From positions 320,001 to 384,000 of the forward strand of contig CAWETU010000001.1 of the NCBI GenBank assembly GCA_963812135.1: 64,000 nucleotides of DNA, read 5' to 3'. Shown in pieces: positions 1 to 10,972 of this stretch. The stretch comes from Vulcanimicrobiota bacterium. Its GTDB lineage: Bacteria > Vulcanimicrobiota > Vulcanimicrobiia > Eremiobacterales > Eremiobacteraceae. Under the pieces are notes generated by a model. It made no database searches and had not been told where the DNA came from. It worked only from the letters and a program-made list of their open reading frames with translations. The translations under genes were made by a program, and so were the position numbers. Position 1 is the first letter of the stretch; every line of letters begins with the position of its first letter.

Positions 1-1
1 A

Positions 2-1111
2 CAGCTGCAGAAGATGCACTTGACCGACGCCGAGGCGCTTGCGGATGTGAACGAGCTGGCAGCCGCCGACCGCGCGACGCTCGACGGGTTGAAGGAATTG
101 GCCACCGCCGGTCAGCTCGAGCTCGTCGCCGATCCTGCGGGCGAGCCGATTCTTCCGCTGCTTATCGATGGCGGCGGGAGAAGCGGGTCGAACGTCGTGC
201 ACGTCGACGCGGCTGCTGACGCCGGCGCATTGGTCGAAGCCGCGTTCCGCACCAACGGCGCGTATCAAGCGGGCACGTTGGGAGTGTACTCGCCGCACGG
301 CGCGTACGACGACATGACCGCGACGCTGCTCGAGCAGCATCACGCCGCCTATGCGCTGTTCTCCGATCGCGTGCCGCGGTCGTCGCCCATCGGGGGTTCG
401 CGCGAAGCGGTCGCCGCCGCCGACGCCGCCGCGTTTCATGCCTATGCGGTGCGCGCCGCCGCCGGTCCGCCGTTAGCCGCTTTGTTTTGGAGCCAAGACG
501 AGAGCGCCGCGCTGAGCGTGCTCGCGCCCAAGCTTCCGCCCGGCGCGATGGGCGGCCGCGTGCTGGAGCTGGCGAACATCGCGGGCGCGCGCGGCGGCGA
601 CGGTTCGATCATCGTGTTGCGCGTCGAGGCGGATGGGCTTTGGAATCGACGGGCCGATCGCGCGCGCGTGATCGACGAGCTCGCTGCGGATCTCGGATCC
701 GGCAAGGTGCCGTCGGTCACCATCGGCCAATTCGTGCGCGCGCGTCCGCCGTCGCTCATCTCGTACGGCTTTGCGCCTGCCGCTGACGAGGGCGGTCTGA
801 CCTATTGGATGGGCACGTTCAACCAGGCCAAGATGTGGACCGCGCTTGGCGATGCCCGGCGCGCCGCGGGCGGCGACGCCGCGCTCGCGCGCGAAGCGAC
901 GCGTTCTGCGCTTTTCGAAGCCGAAGCATCGCATTGGTATGCGGTGCCCAACCTGATCGGCGCGCCCGGCGAGATCGACCGGCTCATGGACGAGTTCCGT
1001 CAGGTCATCGGTAGGATCTACCAAAGCGCCGGCAAGCAGGTGCCGCCGAACATCGCGCCGCTGACCCCGGAAGCGCCCACGCCCTCGCCGAGACCACGGT
1101 CAAGCCCGTGA
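2..1111 (+). CDS. GH57-like protein, 5' partial, catalytic motifs degenerate
   Basis: Frame is open from the window edge. GQLELVADPAGEPILPLLID, WMGTFNQAKMW and LFEAEASHWY resemble GH57 amylopullulanase-type conserved blocks. Confidence 0.6.
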   Translation, partial: QLQKMHLTDAEALADVNELAAADRATLDGLKELATAGQLELVADPAGEPILPLLIDGGGRSGSNVVHVDAAADAGALVEAAFRTNGAYQAGTLGVYSPHGAYDDMTATLLEQHHAAYALFSDRVPRSSPIGGSREAVAAADAAAFHAYAVRAAAGPPLAALFWSQDESAALSVLAPKLPPGAMGGRVLELANIAGARGGDGSIIVLRVEADGLWNRRADRARVIDELAADLGSGKVPSVTIGQFVRARPPSLISYGFAPAADEGGLTYWMGTFNQAKMWTALGDARRAAGGDAALAREATRSALFEAEASHWYAVPNLIGAPGEIDRLMDEFRQVIGRIYQSAGKQVPPNIAPLTPEAPTPSPRPRSSP

Positions 1112-1125
1112 GACCCAAACGGGTG

Positions 1126-1156
1126 TTCTCCACAGAGCCTGTGAATATGTGGATAA
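1126..1156. promoter_or_regulatory. Cluster of three DnaA boxes
   Basis: TTCTCCACA at 1126-1134 (1 mismatch), TGTGAATAT at 1140-1148 (reverse, 1 mismatch to TTATNCACA), TGTGGATAA at 1148-1156 (perfect reverse TTATCCACA). Confidence 0.65.
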
Positions 1157-1943
1157 CGTCGTCGTGAAGCGCAAAACCCTTAACAAAAGCCCCTTGATCT
1201 GCAGCATTGGATCGACCGATCCGACCAATGCCGCCGGAATTGGCCGCGACCTCCTCATCTACGAGCGCCTGGGGGCTCGGGGTGCGCTGGCGATCGCTGC
1301 TGTCACCGCCCAAAACCGCGAACGTGTGGCAGAGGTCTATCCGCTGCCCCCGCGCGCGTTGCGCAACCAGCTCGACGCGGTCGTGCAAGAGCAACGCCCG
1401 GATGCATTGCGCATTGGGTTGCTGCCGGACGCACCGCTGATCGCGGTGGTCGCCCGCTTCTTGCGTGCGCAGCGCTCGAAGCCGCCATCGGTTCTTGATC
1501 CAGTGATCACGTCATCGTCGGGCCATCGCTTCTTAGGCGCCGCGGAGCTTGGCGCGCTCGAAGGCTTATTGCCGCTCGTCACCCTCGTGACGCCGAACGC
1601 AGCCGAGGCGCAGGCCCTGAGCGGCATCCGCGTCCGCAGCATCGCAGATGCCGAACGCGCGGCGATCCGCTTGCGCGAGCGCGGCTGCGCGGTGCTGGTC
1701 ACGGGCGGCCACCTCAAGGGCAAGGAGATCGTCGACGTTCTCGCCGACGCGCAGGGCGTCGTCCATTTTCGCGGCACTCGTATCGTTTCGCGCATGCGCG
1801 GCACGGGCTGCACGCTTGCGGCGGCGATCGCGGTCTATCTCGCGCGCGGCATGCAGCTGCGGCCCGCGATCGTGCGCGCGCGCGATGTCGTGCGGCGCGA
1901 GTTGGAGGCGCACCGCCCAAGGCGGGTTAAGGGACGCGCATGA
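1149..1943 (+). CDS. thiD: Hydroxymethylpyrimidine/phosphomethylpyrimidine kinase
   Basis: IGSTDPTNAAGIGRDL, VTAQN, VLDPV, TPNAAEA and GTGCTLAAAIA motifs. The true start may be slightly downstream (GTG 1164). Confidence 0.88.
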   Translation: MDNVVVKRKTLNKSPLICSIGSTDPTNAAGIGRDLLIYERLGARGALAIAAVTAQNRERVAEVYPLPPRALRNQLDAVVQEQRPDALRIGLLPDAPLIAVVARFLRAQRSKPPSVLDPVITSSSGHRFLGAAELGALEGLLPLVTLVTPNAAEAQALSGIRVRSIADAERAAIRLRERGCAVLVTGGHLKGKEIVDVLADAQGVVHFRGTRIVSRMRGTGCTLAAAIAVYLARGMQLRPAIVRARDVVRRELEAHRPRRVKGRA

Positions 1944-3202
1944 GTCCTGTCGCCGCGGCCAAACGCAAGCGCATCATGGCCGGCATCCGCGCCTCGGGCA
2001 AACTGCACGTCGGCCACTGGCTTGGCGCGCTTCAGAACTTCGTCGCGTTGAGCAAAGACAATGACTGCTTCTATGAGATCGCGGATCTGCACGCGCTCAC
2101 GACCAACTACGCCCGCAGCGGAGAGATCCGCGAATCCGTCCGCGATGTCGCGCTGGGCTTTCTCGCCGCGGGGCTAGACCCGCAGCGCTGCACGATGTTC
2201 GTGCAATCGCGCGTTCCCGAGATCAGCGAACTCGCGGTGCTGCTCTCCATGATCACGCCGGTCTCGTGGCTCGAACGGGTGCCTACCTACAAAGACCAGA
2301 TCGCCGCGCTCGGCAGCGAGATCGCGACGCATGGCTTTCTCGGCTATCCGGTGCTGCAGACGGTGGACATCATCGCATTTCGGGGAGAGGCGGTGCCGGT
2401 CGGTCAGGACCAGCTGCCCCACTTGGAGCTGTGCCGCGAGATCGTGCGCCGCTTCAATCATCTGTACGGTCAAGTGCTCGCTGAACCGGCAGCCGTGTTG
2501 TCGACCTTCCCCGCCGTCCCCGGCACCGACGGGCGCAAGATGAGCAAGTCGTACAACAACAGCATCCTCCTCGCCGACAGCGAGGCCGAGACGACCGCCA
2601 AAGTCAAAGAGATGTACACCGACCCGACCAAGATCCGCAAGAGCGATCCCGGCCATCCCGAGATCTGTCCGGTCTTTTTCTTCCAGCAGACGTTCAACGC
2701 GTCCAACGCGATGGACATCGCGCACCGCTGCCGCACCGGTCAGCTGGGTTGCGTCGAAGACAAAGCCGACATGGCGGTGCATCTCAACGCCGCATTGCGG
2801 CCGCTGCGCGAGCGCCGGCGCGAACTGGAATCGAAGCCCGGTTATCTGGAAGAAGTGCTCGAGGACGGCACTCGCCGCGCGCGAGAAGTCGCGGCTAAAA
2901 CACTCGCGGAGGTCAGAAAGGCGATTGGCTCTGTGACGTCATTCTTGAGACTGGGAGCGTGGCGGTCGCGCTTCCTTCGCCAACTTCCGGTGCGATGCAT
3001 CCAGGTTAGCCCCTCAATATTTCGTCAACGATCACGGATGCGTGGCATGCGAGGGACGCATCCTCGCGGTTGGCCTATCCGCGCTTCAAGTCGCGAATCC
3101 GAAACACGGGATATGCGTATGTCGACGCCATCCAGCGCGCGCGCTATGCGGATTGGAAAGGACGGTATGCGGAGGCCGCTACACTGTACGAGCGTGCCAT
3201 GA
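1940..3202 (+). CDS. trpS: Tryptophanyl-tRNA synthetase (true end probably ~2936; reads through as sequenced)
   Basis: HVGH (HIGH) motif, VPVGQDQLPH and KMSKS. Homology ends at RKAIG; removing one base gives TGA at 2934-2936 and a 331-aa protein. Confidence 0.95.
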   Translation: MSPVAAAKRKRIMAGIRASGKLHVGHWLGALQNFVALSKDNDCFYEIADLHALTTNYARSGEIRESVRDVALGFLAAGLDPQRCTMFVQSRVPEISELAVLLSMITPVSWLERVPTYKDQIAALGSEIATHGFLGYPVLQTVDIIAFRGEAVPVGQDQLPHLELCREIVRRFNHLYGQVLAEPAAVLSTFPAVPGTDGRKMSKSYNNSILLADSEAETTAKVKEMYTDPTKIRKSDPGHPEICPVFFFQQTFNASNAMDIAHRCRTGQLGCVEDKADMAVHLNAALRPLRERRRELESKPGYLEEVLEDGTRRAREVAAKTLAEVRKAIGSVTSFLRLGAWRSRFLRQLPVRCIQVSPSIFRQRSRMRGMRGTHPRGWPIRASSRESETRDMRMSTPSSARAMRIGKDGMRRPLHCTSVP

Positions 3203-3730
3203 AAGAAACAACACTCACGGGAGTGTCGTTGGACTCCATGATCAGGCAACCATACAGCATCGCGCTCTTCCGCGCAGGCGATGTGTCCGCAGCCAAAGCC
3301 CAGTGGCGGATACTCCAAAAACAAAACGTGCAGATCGATTCGGCAACCCGGGAAACGATAGCAGGCGACTACCAAGCAGCATTTACGGACTACGCGAGGA
3401 CGCTGAGCCATACGAGTTCGAACCCGATGTTCCTCGAAAAACTCCGGCGCATTGTACAATCTTCCAGCGCGGCCTCAATGCGGCGGAGGAAGCAAGATAT
3501 GGAGACGCGCGGACGTAGTTGCGCTATGCAGCGAAAGTGTTCAGGGCAATACTTGATGTCGAGCCGCATTCGTGCTCAGAGTAATAAGTACTATGAAAGG
3601 GGAGGTCACCGAGGCCAACAAGGAGTGGTTGAACGCGCTAGAGGGAGATGTGCCCGTGCCACCGCCGCCGTTGGGCATTTCACAAGCGCAGAGCGACGCC
3701 TTACGTGCTGCTCCACTACAACTGAAGACG
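2933..3730 (+). pseudogene. Fragmented helical/TPR-like hypothetical gene
   Basis: Segment looks less GC-rich than its flanks. The 3070 frame has TPR-like GRYAEAATLYERAMK and IALFRAGDVSAAKAQW, and plausible coding switches frames several times. Confidence 0.35.
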
Positions 3731-4915
3731 TTAGGGGCGGTATGCCGCGAGCGCTTTCTTCATGCGCTTGAGCGCTTCGCGCAGGTTTTCTTCGGATGCC
3801 GCGTACGACATCCTGATGAACCCGCGGCCGTTGGGTCCGAACGTCGAGCCGGCGAGCACCGCGACGTTGCCCTCTTCCAATAGGTAGTTGGCGAGCTTGA
3901 GATCGTCGCGCTCGATCGCCGACACGTTCGGGAAGACGTAGAACGCGCCGCCCGGCATCTGACACGTCACACCGGGGATGCCGCACAGGCCCTCCACCAA
4001 GATCTTACGGCGGCGGCGGAACTCTTCGCGCATGGCTTGCACGGGCCGGTCGTCGCCTTGCAATGCTTCGACGCCCGCGTCTTGCACGAACGTCGTCGTG
4101 CACGAAACGGTGTTGAGCATGAGCGCGCCCACCGCGTCGGCGATGTATTTCGGATAGACGCCGAAACCGAGACGCCAACCGGTCATCGCCCACGCCTTTG
4201 AAAAACCATCCACCAGGATCGTGCGTTCGGGCATCGCTGCGAGCCCGTAGTACGACGCGAATTCCTTGTCGTAGCAGTGGCGGTTGTAGATCTCGTCGCT
4301 GATCACGAGGATGTCGTGCTTGCGCACGATCTCCGCGATCGCGAAGATGTCCTCGTTGGTCAAGATGCCGCCGGTCGGGTTATGCGGTGAATTGAGCACG
4401 AGGATTTTGGTCTTGGGTGTGATGGCGGCTTCGAGCGCGGCCGGATCGAGCCGGAACTGTTTGCTTTCGAGCAGTGGCACCGACACAGGCACGGCGTTCA
4501 CATAGGTGACGATCGAGCGATAGGCGGGATACGCCGGGTCTGGGATGACGACTTCATCGCCGGGATCGAGTAGCGCCATCAACGTGAACGCGATCGTCGG
4601 TTTTGCGCCCGGGCTCACCACGACGTTCTCGCGCGTGACGTCGATGCCGCGCGTTTTGGTCACGTGCTTTGCGATGGCGTCGCGCAGCTCGGCGATGCCA
4701 GACGCAGGCGTGTAGTGCGTCCGGTTCTGACGGATCGACGCGATGCCGGCTTCCTTGACGTGTTCGGGCGTGTCGAAATCGGGCTCGCCGATCTCCAAAT
4801 GGATGATGTTGCGGCCCTCGGCTTCGAGCGCGCGGGCTCGCGCGAGCACCACAAAGGCGCTCTCGGTGCCCAAACGGCTCATCGAGGCGGCGAGCGAAAA
4901 AGTCGTCGTCTGCAT
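3731..4915 (-). CDS. PLP-dependent class I aminotransferase (aspartate aminotransferase family)
   Basis: IGEPDF, NSPHNPTG, SDEIY and FSKAWAMTGWRLG (PLP lysine). Confidence 0.92.
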   Translation of the reverse strand: MQTTTFSLAASMSRLGTESAFVVLARARALEAEGRNIIHLEIGEPDFDTPEHVKEAGIASIRQNRTHYTPASGIAELRDAIAKHVTKTRGIDVTRENVVVSPGAKPTIAFTLMALLDPGDEVVIPDPAYPAYRSIVTYVNAVPVSVPLLESKQFRLDPAALEAAITPKTKILVLNSPHNPTGGILTNEDIFAIAEIVRKHDILVISDEIYNRHCYDKEFASYYGLAAMPERTILVDGFSKAWAMTGWRLGFGVYPKYIADAVGALMLNTVSCTTTFVQDAGVEALQGDDRPVQAMREEFRRRRKILVEGLCGIPGVTCQMPGGAFYVFPNVSAIERDDLKLANYLLEEGNVAVLAGSTFGPNGRGFIRMSYAASEENLREALKRMKKALAAYRP

Positions 4916-4997
4916 AGTGCGCTGGAGTTTCGGGAGCCCGAAAGAATGTCCCTAGTGTCGCGGTTGTCGCTAGTCGTGACGTCGTTTCATTTGGGGG

Positions 4998-5600
4998 CTA
5001 TGCGCCGGGCTGCGTTTCGTCGCCGAGCATTGAGCTGTCTTTCGTCGTGCGCGCCTCGCGGAGACGTTGCCTCGCATTGACCTGATCAAAGCCGAGTCTC
5101 TGCGCCCGTTTCAAGACGCCGTCGTAAAGATGTTCGAAGTTGTCCCAAAGCTTCGGGTTCAGCGCGCGCCGATGCACGGCCACCACATCTGCCAGACCCT
5201 CCCACGTATCGATCACCCGCCCTGAGGCGAGGTGATAGATGAGATCGGCATCAAGAAGCTCTTGCTCGACGTACATGCCGACCCGCTCGAACGTCCTCAA
5301 GATGATCAGCTCTTTGTGCACGTTCTCATCGGCGCGTCCGACGATTTCGAGCTCCTTGCGGAACTTCGGATCGCTCATCCGTTCGGGCAATTCGTTGAGG
5401 ACGAAGCGCCGCGCGTCAAGGAACGTGGGGCTGGCGAGCTCGGCGAAGATGACGTTGGCGGCGTCGAGCTGCGACGCGCGTCGAAGTTGGCGCAGCTGGT
5501 CGACCGTCGTCCGCAGCTGATGCCATCCGACGACGACGGTGAAGAAGATGACCAGGCCGGTGAAGACCGTGCCGATTGCGGTGACCGCTTCCCAATTCAC
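4998..5600 (-). CDS. Membrane-anchored hypothetical protein (DUF4760-like)
   Basis: Single N-terminal TM helix followed by a helical domain; AAGGAG RBS upstream. Confidence 0.6.
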   Translation of the reverse strand: MNWEAVTAIGTVFTGLVIFFTVVVGWHQLRTTVDQLRQLRRASQLDAANVIFAELASPTFLDARRFVLNELPERMSDPKFRKELEIVGRADENVHKELIILRTFERVGMYVEQELLDADLIYHLASGRVIDTWEGLADVVAVHRRALNPKLWDNFEHLYDGVLKRAQRLGFDQVNARQRLREARTTKDSSMLGDETQPGA

Positions 5601-5610
5601 GAATCGCTCC

Positions 5611-7521
5611 TTAGTCGTGGATGCCGTTGCCGGCTGGGCCCTCGCGGCTGAGATGGTAGTAGTACTCGACGATGGCTTGCGCGACCGGCGCCGCGTTGAC
5701 CGCGCCGAAGCCGCCGCTCTTCTCCATGAACACGACCACCGCGATCTGCGGATGATCGTACGGCGCGAAGCACACGAACCATGCGTGGTTGCGGCCTTCG
5801 GGATTGTCGAGCGTGCGCACGTTCTCGACGGTGCCGGTCTTGCCGGCGAAATGGAATCCAGGGATCACGATGTTGTGCGCGGTGCCATACGGACTTTCGA
5901 TCGCGCCAAGCATGCCTTGGCGCACGAGATCGAGATCGCCGGCCGGCACCGGCACGTGTCCTTCGACGTATGGCTCGGTGCGCGTCGCGACATGGCCATG
6001 CGCATCGCGGACGTCGGCGAGCAGATAGGGCCGGTAGAGCGTACCGCCGTTGGCGACGGCCGTCGCCACGCGCAGCAGTTGGATCGGCGACACCTCGACA
6101 TACCCTTGGCCGATCGCCATGTTGACCGTATCGCCCGCGTACCACTGGTCGTCGTAGACTTTCTTCTTCCATTGCGGCGTCGGCAGCGTGCCGCTCGTCT
6201 CGCCTGGCAGGTCGATGCCGGTGACGGACCCGACGCCATACGCGCTCGCGAACCTGTCCAGACGGGTGATCCCGAGCTCGAACCCTACCTTATAGAAGAA
6301 GACGTCGCACGAGCGGGCGATCGCGTCCCGGATGGTAAGCGCGCCGTGCCCGCCCGCGGCGTCGTCGTTGAACACCACACCCAAGTCGAAATAGCCGGGG
6401 CAATACCGCACGCTGTCTGCGGTGAGCACCCCGCTGGCCAGCGCGGCGGAACTCGTGATCATCTTGAAGGTAGAACCGGTCGGATACTTGCCGGCGATCG
6501 CGCGCGTGAACAGCGGCTTGAGAGGATCGTTCAGATATGCATCATAGCGCGCCTCGGTGATCGGCAACGCGAAATCGTTCGGGTTCACGTTCGGCTGGCT
6601 CACCAACGCGAGGATCGCGCCGCTGTTGACGTCTTCGACGATCGCCGCGCCCGCGACGCGATGGCCGATGCGCGACGCGATGACGCGGATCTGCCGATCC
6701 ATCGCTGCTTCGGCTGCGCGCTGTAACCGCCAGTCGACCGTTAGGTCGAGACTGTTGCCGGGCACCGCCTCGCGCTCGCCCAGCGTGGCGACCGCCTGCC
6801 CCGCGGAGTTGACCTTGATCGCGCGTCCGCCGCTTTCGCCGCGCATCGCCTGGTCGTACGTGAATTCCAGCCCCTCTTTGCCGATCGTGTCGCTCGGGCC
6901 ATAGCCGAGCGGCTTGCGCGCCTCGTACTCATCTTGGGTGATCCTGCCGACGTAGCCGAGGATATGCGAGCCGATCGTGCCGTACGGATAGTGCCGCACG
7001 GGCACCAACTCGACCGCCATGCCGGCGAGCCGGTCCGCTCGTTCCGAAAAACGCGCGACGGTTGCGGGATTGAGGTCGCCCGCGATCGTGATGGGACCGA
7101 GCGGCACCGCACCTGCGAGCGCGTCGAACGTCGGGTACGTGACGCCGTTGTAACGCAGCAGCCGTTTCCACAGCGACTGCGGCGTGACGTGCAGGATGCC
7201 GGCGAGCTCGTCGATCTCCGAGCTCGGGTCCGCGACCTGCATCGGCACGACCTGGACGACGAACGAGGGGCGATTGGCGACGACGATGACGCCGCGCCGA
7301 TCGTACATGACGCCGCGCGGCGCGGTGAGCGGAATCGTGCGCAACTGGTTCTGATCCGCCAGCGTCTCGTACGCGGCGCCGTGCACGAGCTGCACGTCCG
7401 CCAAGCGCCACACCAGCACGGCGATGACGATCGCCACGCCGCCGACGAAAACCAACACGCGCGGGAGCTGCGCCCGCTCTCCGCTCTCCTCGGGTCCGGA
7501 ATGTCCCCACAGTCCTTGCAT
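5611..7521 (-). CDS. mrdA: Penicillin-binding protein 2
   Basis: TM anchor, APRGVMYDR, STFK, SCD and KTGT motifs. ATG at 7521 overlaps the mreD stop. Confidence 0.95.
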   Translation of the reverse strand: MQGLWGHSGPEESGERAQLPRVLVFVGGVAIVIAVLVWRLADVQLVHGAAYETLADQNQLRTIPLTAPRGVMYDRRGVIVVANRPSFVVQVVPMQVADPSSEIDELAGILHVTPQSLWKRLLRYNGVTYPTFDALAGAVPLGPITIAGDLNPATVARFSERADRLAGMAVELVPVRHYPYGTIGSHILGYVGRITQDEYEARKPLGYGPSDTIGKEGLEFTYDQAMRGESGGRAIKVNSAGQAVATLGEREAVPGNSLDLTVDWRLQRAAEAAMDRQIRVIASRIGHRVAGAAIVEDVNSGAILALVSQPNVNPNDFALPITEARYDAYLNDPLKPLFTRAIAGKYPTGSTFKMITSSAALASGVLTADSVRYCPGYFDLGVVFNDDAAGGHGALTIRDAIARSCDVFFYKVGFELGITRLDRFASAYGVGSVTGIDLPGETSGTLPTPQWKKKVYDDQWYAGDTVNMAIGQGYVEVSPIQLLRVATAVANGGTLYRPYLLADVRDAHGHVATRTEPYVEGHVPVPAGDLDLVRQGMLGAIESPYGTAHNIVIPGFHFAGKTGTVENVRTLDNPEGRNHAWFVCFAPYDHPQIAVVVFMEKSGGFGAVNAAPVAQAIVEYYYHLSREGPAGNGIHD

Positions 7522-8075
7522 CAGCGCCGCGACCACCAGCGCAGTGCGACCACGACAAGCAGTGCGATCGCGCAGTTGAGCACGACTTCCCAGGCGGTCG
7601 CATGCGCGAGCCGGTGGTAGGTGCCGCGATCGCCGAACGCGACCTCGAGCACGACGTACGTCACCGCGCTGCGCACGACCGTGCCCGCCGCCACTGCGCC
7701 GACGACCGCCATCGGCGAGTCGGCGAAGAAGCGGCTGCTCAAAAGACCAGATAAGAATCCGACGAGCGTCATGCCGAGCACGCTTGCGCCGCCGCCGCCG
7801 AGCGCGTCTTCGAGCGCGCCGCCGAGCAATCCGAGCCAGCCGCCCGTCGTCGGTCCACAGCGCAAACCCGTCCACACGACGAGCACCGTGAGCAGGCTGG
7901 GCTGCGCGCCGCGCAGCGTCCACGCGTGCGCGAACGTCACCTGCAAGAGTACGGCGAGCGCGGCGAGCGCGAGCAGCCACGAGAAGCCCGGCGCGGCTGC
8001 CGCACCGGCGTCGACCGGCCGTTGCGGTCCGAACAGAACGCGTGGTGGTCCGCTGCGCACGATGTCGAAGTTCAT
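7521..8075 (-). CDS. mreD: Rod shape-determining protein MreD
   Basis: Hydrophobic 184-aa protein between mreC and mrdA, containing GWLGLLGGALED. Confidence 0.85.
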   Translation of the reverse strand: MNFDIVRSGPPRVLFGPQRPVDAGAAAAPGFSWLLALAALAVLLQVTFAHAWTLRGAQPSLLTVLVVWTGLRCGPTTGGWLGLLGGALEDALGGGGASVLGMTLVGFLSGLLSSRFFADSPMAVVGAVAAGTVVRSAVTYVVLEVAFGDRGTYHRLAHATAWEVVLNCAIALLVVVALRWWSRR

Positions 8076-8835
8076 GGCGACGTGTAGACGAGCACGCGCA
8101 CGAGCGAATGGAAGTCGACCGCAGGCTCGAGCACCGCGGTCTGATAGAGCGCGTTGTCCTTGCGGTCGATCTCGCGCACCGTGCCGATCGCGATGCCGCT
8201 CGGATAGATCTCGCCTCGGCCGGTCACGACGACGTCGCCGGGCTGTAGCTTGGCGTTCTGATCGATGTACTTCATCTTGGCGTGCAGCCACGTACCGGTC
8301 ACGATGCCCCACGAACGCGAGCGCGCGAGATACGCGGGCACGGCGCTCTCAGGATCGATGACCAGCAGCACGCGCGCCTCGTGCGGCCCCGTGCTCAACA
8401 CGTGTCCGACCAGACCGTCGCCGCTGACCACGACGCTATCGCGGTGCACGCCGTCGCGCGAACCACGGTCGATGGTCACCTCGCGCCGCGTCGATTCGGG
8501 GACGTAGCCGACGACTTCGGCCACGATTGCGTCGCCTGGCAGTGTCTGTTTGATCTGCAAGAGGCGGCGCAGCTCGCGATTTTCAGCGGCGTCCGCGCGC
8601 AGCCGCTCGTTGGCGGCGGCGAGCCGGCCCGCCTTGTCCTGCAGCGTTTGGTTCTGCGCCGCGAACTCGCCGGCGTGCAGCAGATTGTGCGCCTCTGTGC
8701 CCACCGCGTCGACCGCGCGCGTCAAGCCGCTCTGCAGCGGCGTGAAGATCGCGCCGGCCGCGATGTCGATCGGGCTTTGCCGCCCGTTTCTGGTTGCGTC
8801 GATTTCCAGCAGCGCGATGCTCGCGGCCACGATGA

Positions 8836-9942
<1,107 letters not shown>

Positions 9943-9945
9943 GTG

Positions 9946-10557
9946 TTAGAGCAGTTCGTATCCTAAAGAAGCAAACGCGCGCCCCAGGCGCGCGAGCGGC
10001 AGTCCCATGACGGTGTAGAAGTCCCCGTCGATGGATGCGACAAGCAGCGCGCCCCGACCTTGGATGCCATACGCGCCGGCCTTGTCCATCGGCTCGCCGG
10101 TCGCGACATAGCGTGCGATCTGCGCGTCGTCGAGCGGTTCGAACGTGACGCGCGTCGACTCCACGCCGCTGACCGTGCGGCCGATAGCTCGATCGGTCAC
10201 CGCGAAACCCGTGTGCACCTCGTGGCGGCGGCCCGACAGCCGGCGCAACATGGCGGCCGCTTCCGCAGCATCGCGCGGTTTGCCGAGGATGTCGCCGTCG
10301 ATGACGACAGCGGTGTCCGCGGCCACGAGCAACGGCGGACCACCGGGATCGGCCTGCACCGCCTTGCCCAACGCGTGCGCGAGCACGAGTTCGAGCGGAT
10401 CGTCATATTCTTCGTGATGCGCGTCTTCGTCGTAGCGGCTCTTGACGACGACCACCTCGATGTCGAGGCTTTCGAGCAGTTGGCGGCGGCGCGGCGAGAT
10501 CGAGGCGAGCGCGACGGTCAATCTGGTGGCGCGTTCCTTGAACGCGCCTTCATTCAT
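9946..10557 (-). CDS. maf: Maf nucleotide pyrophosphatase
   Basis: LASISPRRRQLL, ADT, GKP and DKAGAYGIQG. Confidence 0.93.
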   Translation of the reverse strand: MNEGAFKERATRLTVALASISPRRRQLLESLDIEVVVVKSRYDEDAHHEEYDDPLELVLAHALGKAVQADPGGPPLLVAADTAVVIDGDILGKPRDAAEAAAMLRRLSGRRHEVHTGFAVTDRAIGRTVSGVESTRVTFEPLDDAQIARYVATGEPMDKAGAYGIQGRGALLVASIDGDFYTVMGLPLARLGRAFASLGYELL

Positions 10558-10972
10558 ACGTCTGGCCGTTCACCTTGATGAAGCCTGGCGGATGACGCCC
10601 GCTCGGATCGTGATGCGTCCAGTGGATGACTGGACCGGTCCGGTCAATTTCGAGATCGCCGTGGACGACCACCTCATCGCCTTCTTTGAGCGGCACTTCC
10701 GGGGCGATGTCGATGTTGTGCGCGACAAGGATCAACTGCTCGTCGCCGTTGCCGGAGTGCACGTCGATGACGAAGTTTTCGTGCCGGCCGGTCGCGCTCG
10801 TGCTCTGCCGCAACACTTGGGCCACGGTGCCCTGCACAGTCACCTCTTGTCCGCTGCGGTGCTGTTGCACGTCTTGAACGGCGGCCAAGTTGTCTGGTTG
10901 GTCAGAACCGGCCGAACACGCCGCCAACGCGAACGCGGCGAGCAAGGCGCACGCGATGCCAAAACGCCTCAT
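10550..10972 (-). CDS. DUF3465-like OB-fold lipoprotein
   Basis: Lipobox LAAC; AHNID and IHWTHHDP motifs. Confidence 0.75.
   Translation of the reverse strand: MRRFGIACALLAAFALAACSAGSDQPDNLAAVQDVQQHRSGQEVTVQGTVAQVLRQSTSATGRHENFVIDVHSGNGDEQLILVAHNIDIAPEVPLKEGDEVVVHGDLEIDRTGPVIHWTHHDPSGRHPPGFIKVNGQTYE

Noticed and set aside
2936..3202. Apparent C-terminal extension or fusion on TrpS
   Set aside because: One extra base explains it; correction gives a normal-length TrpS ending in a GTGA overlap with the next gene.
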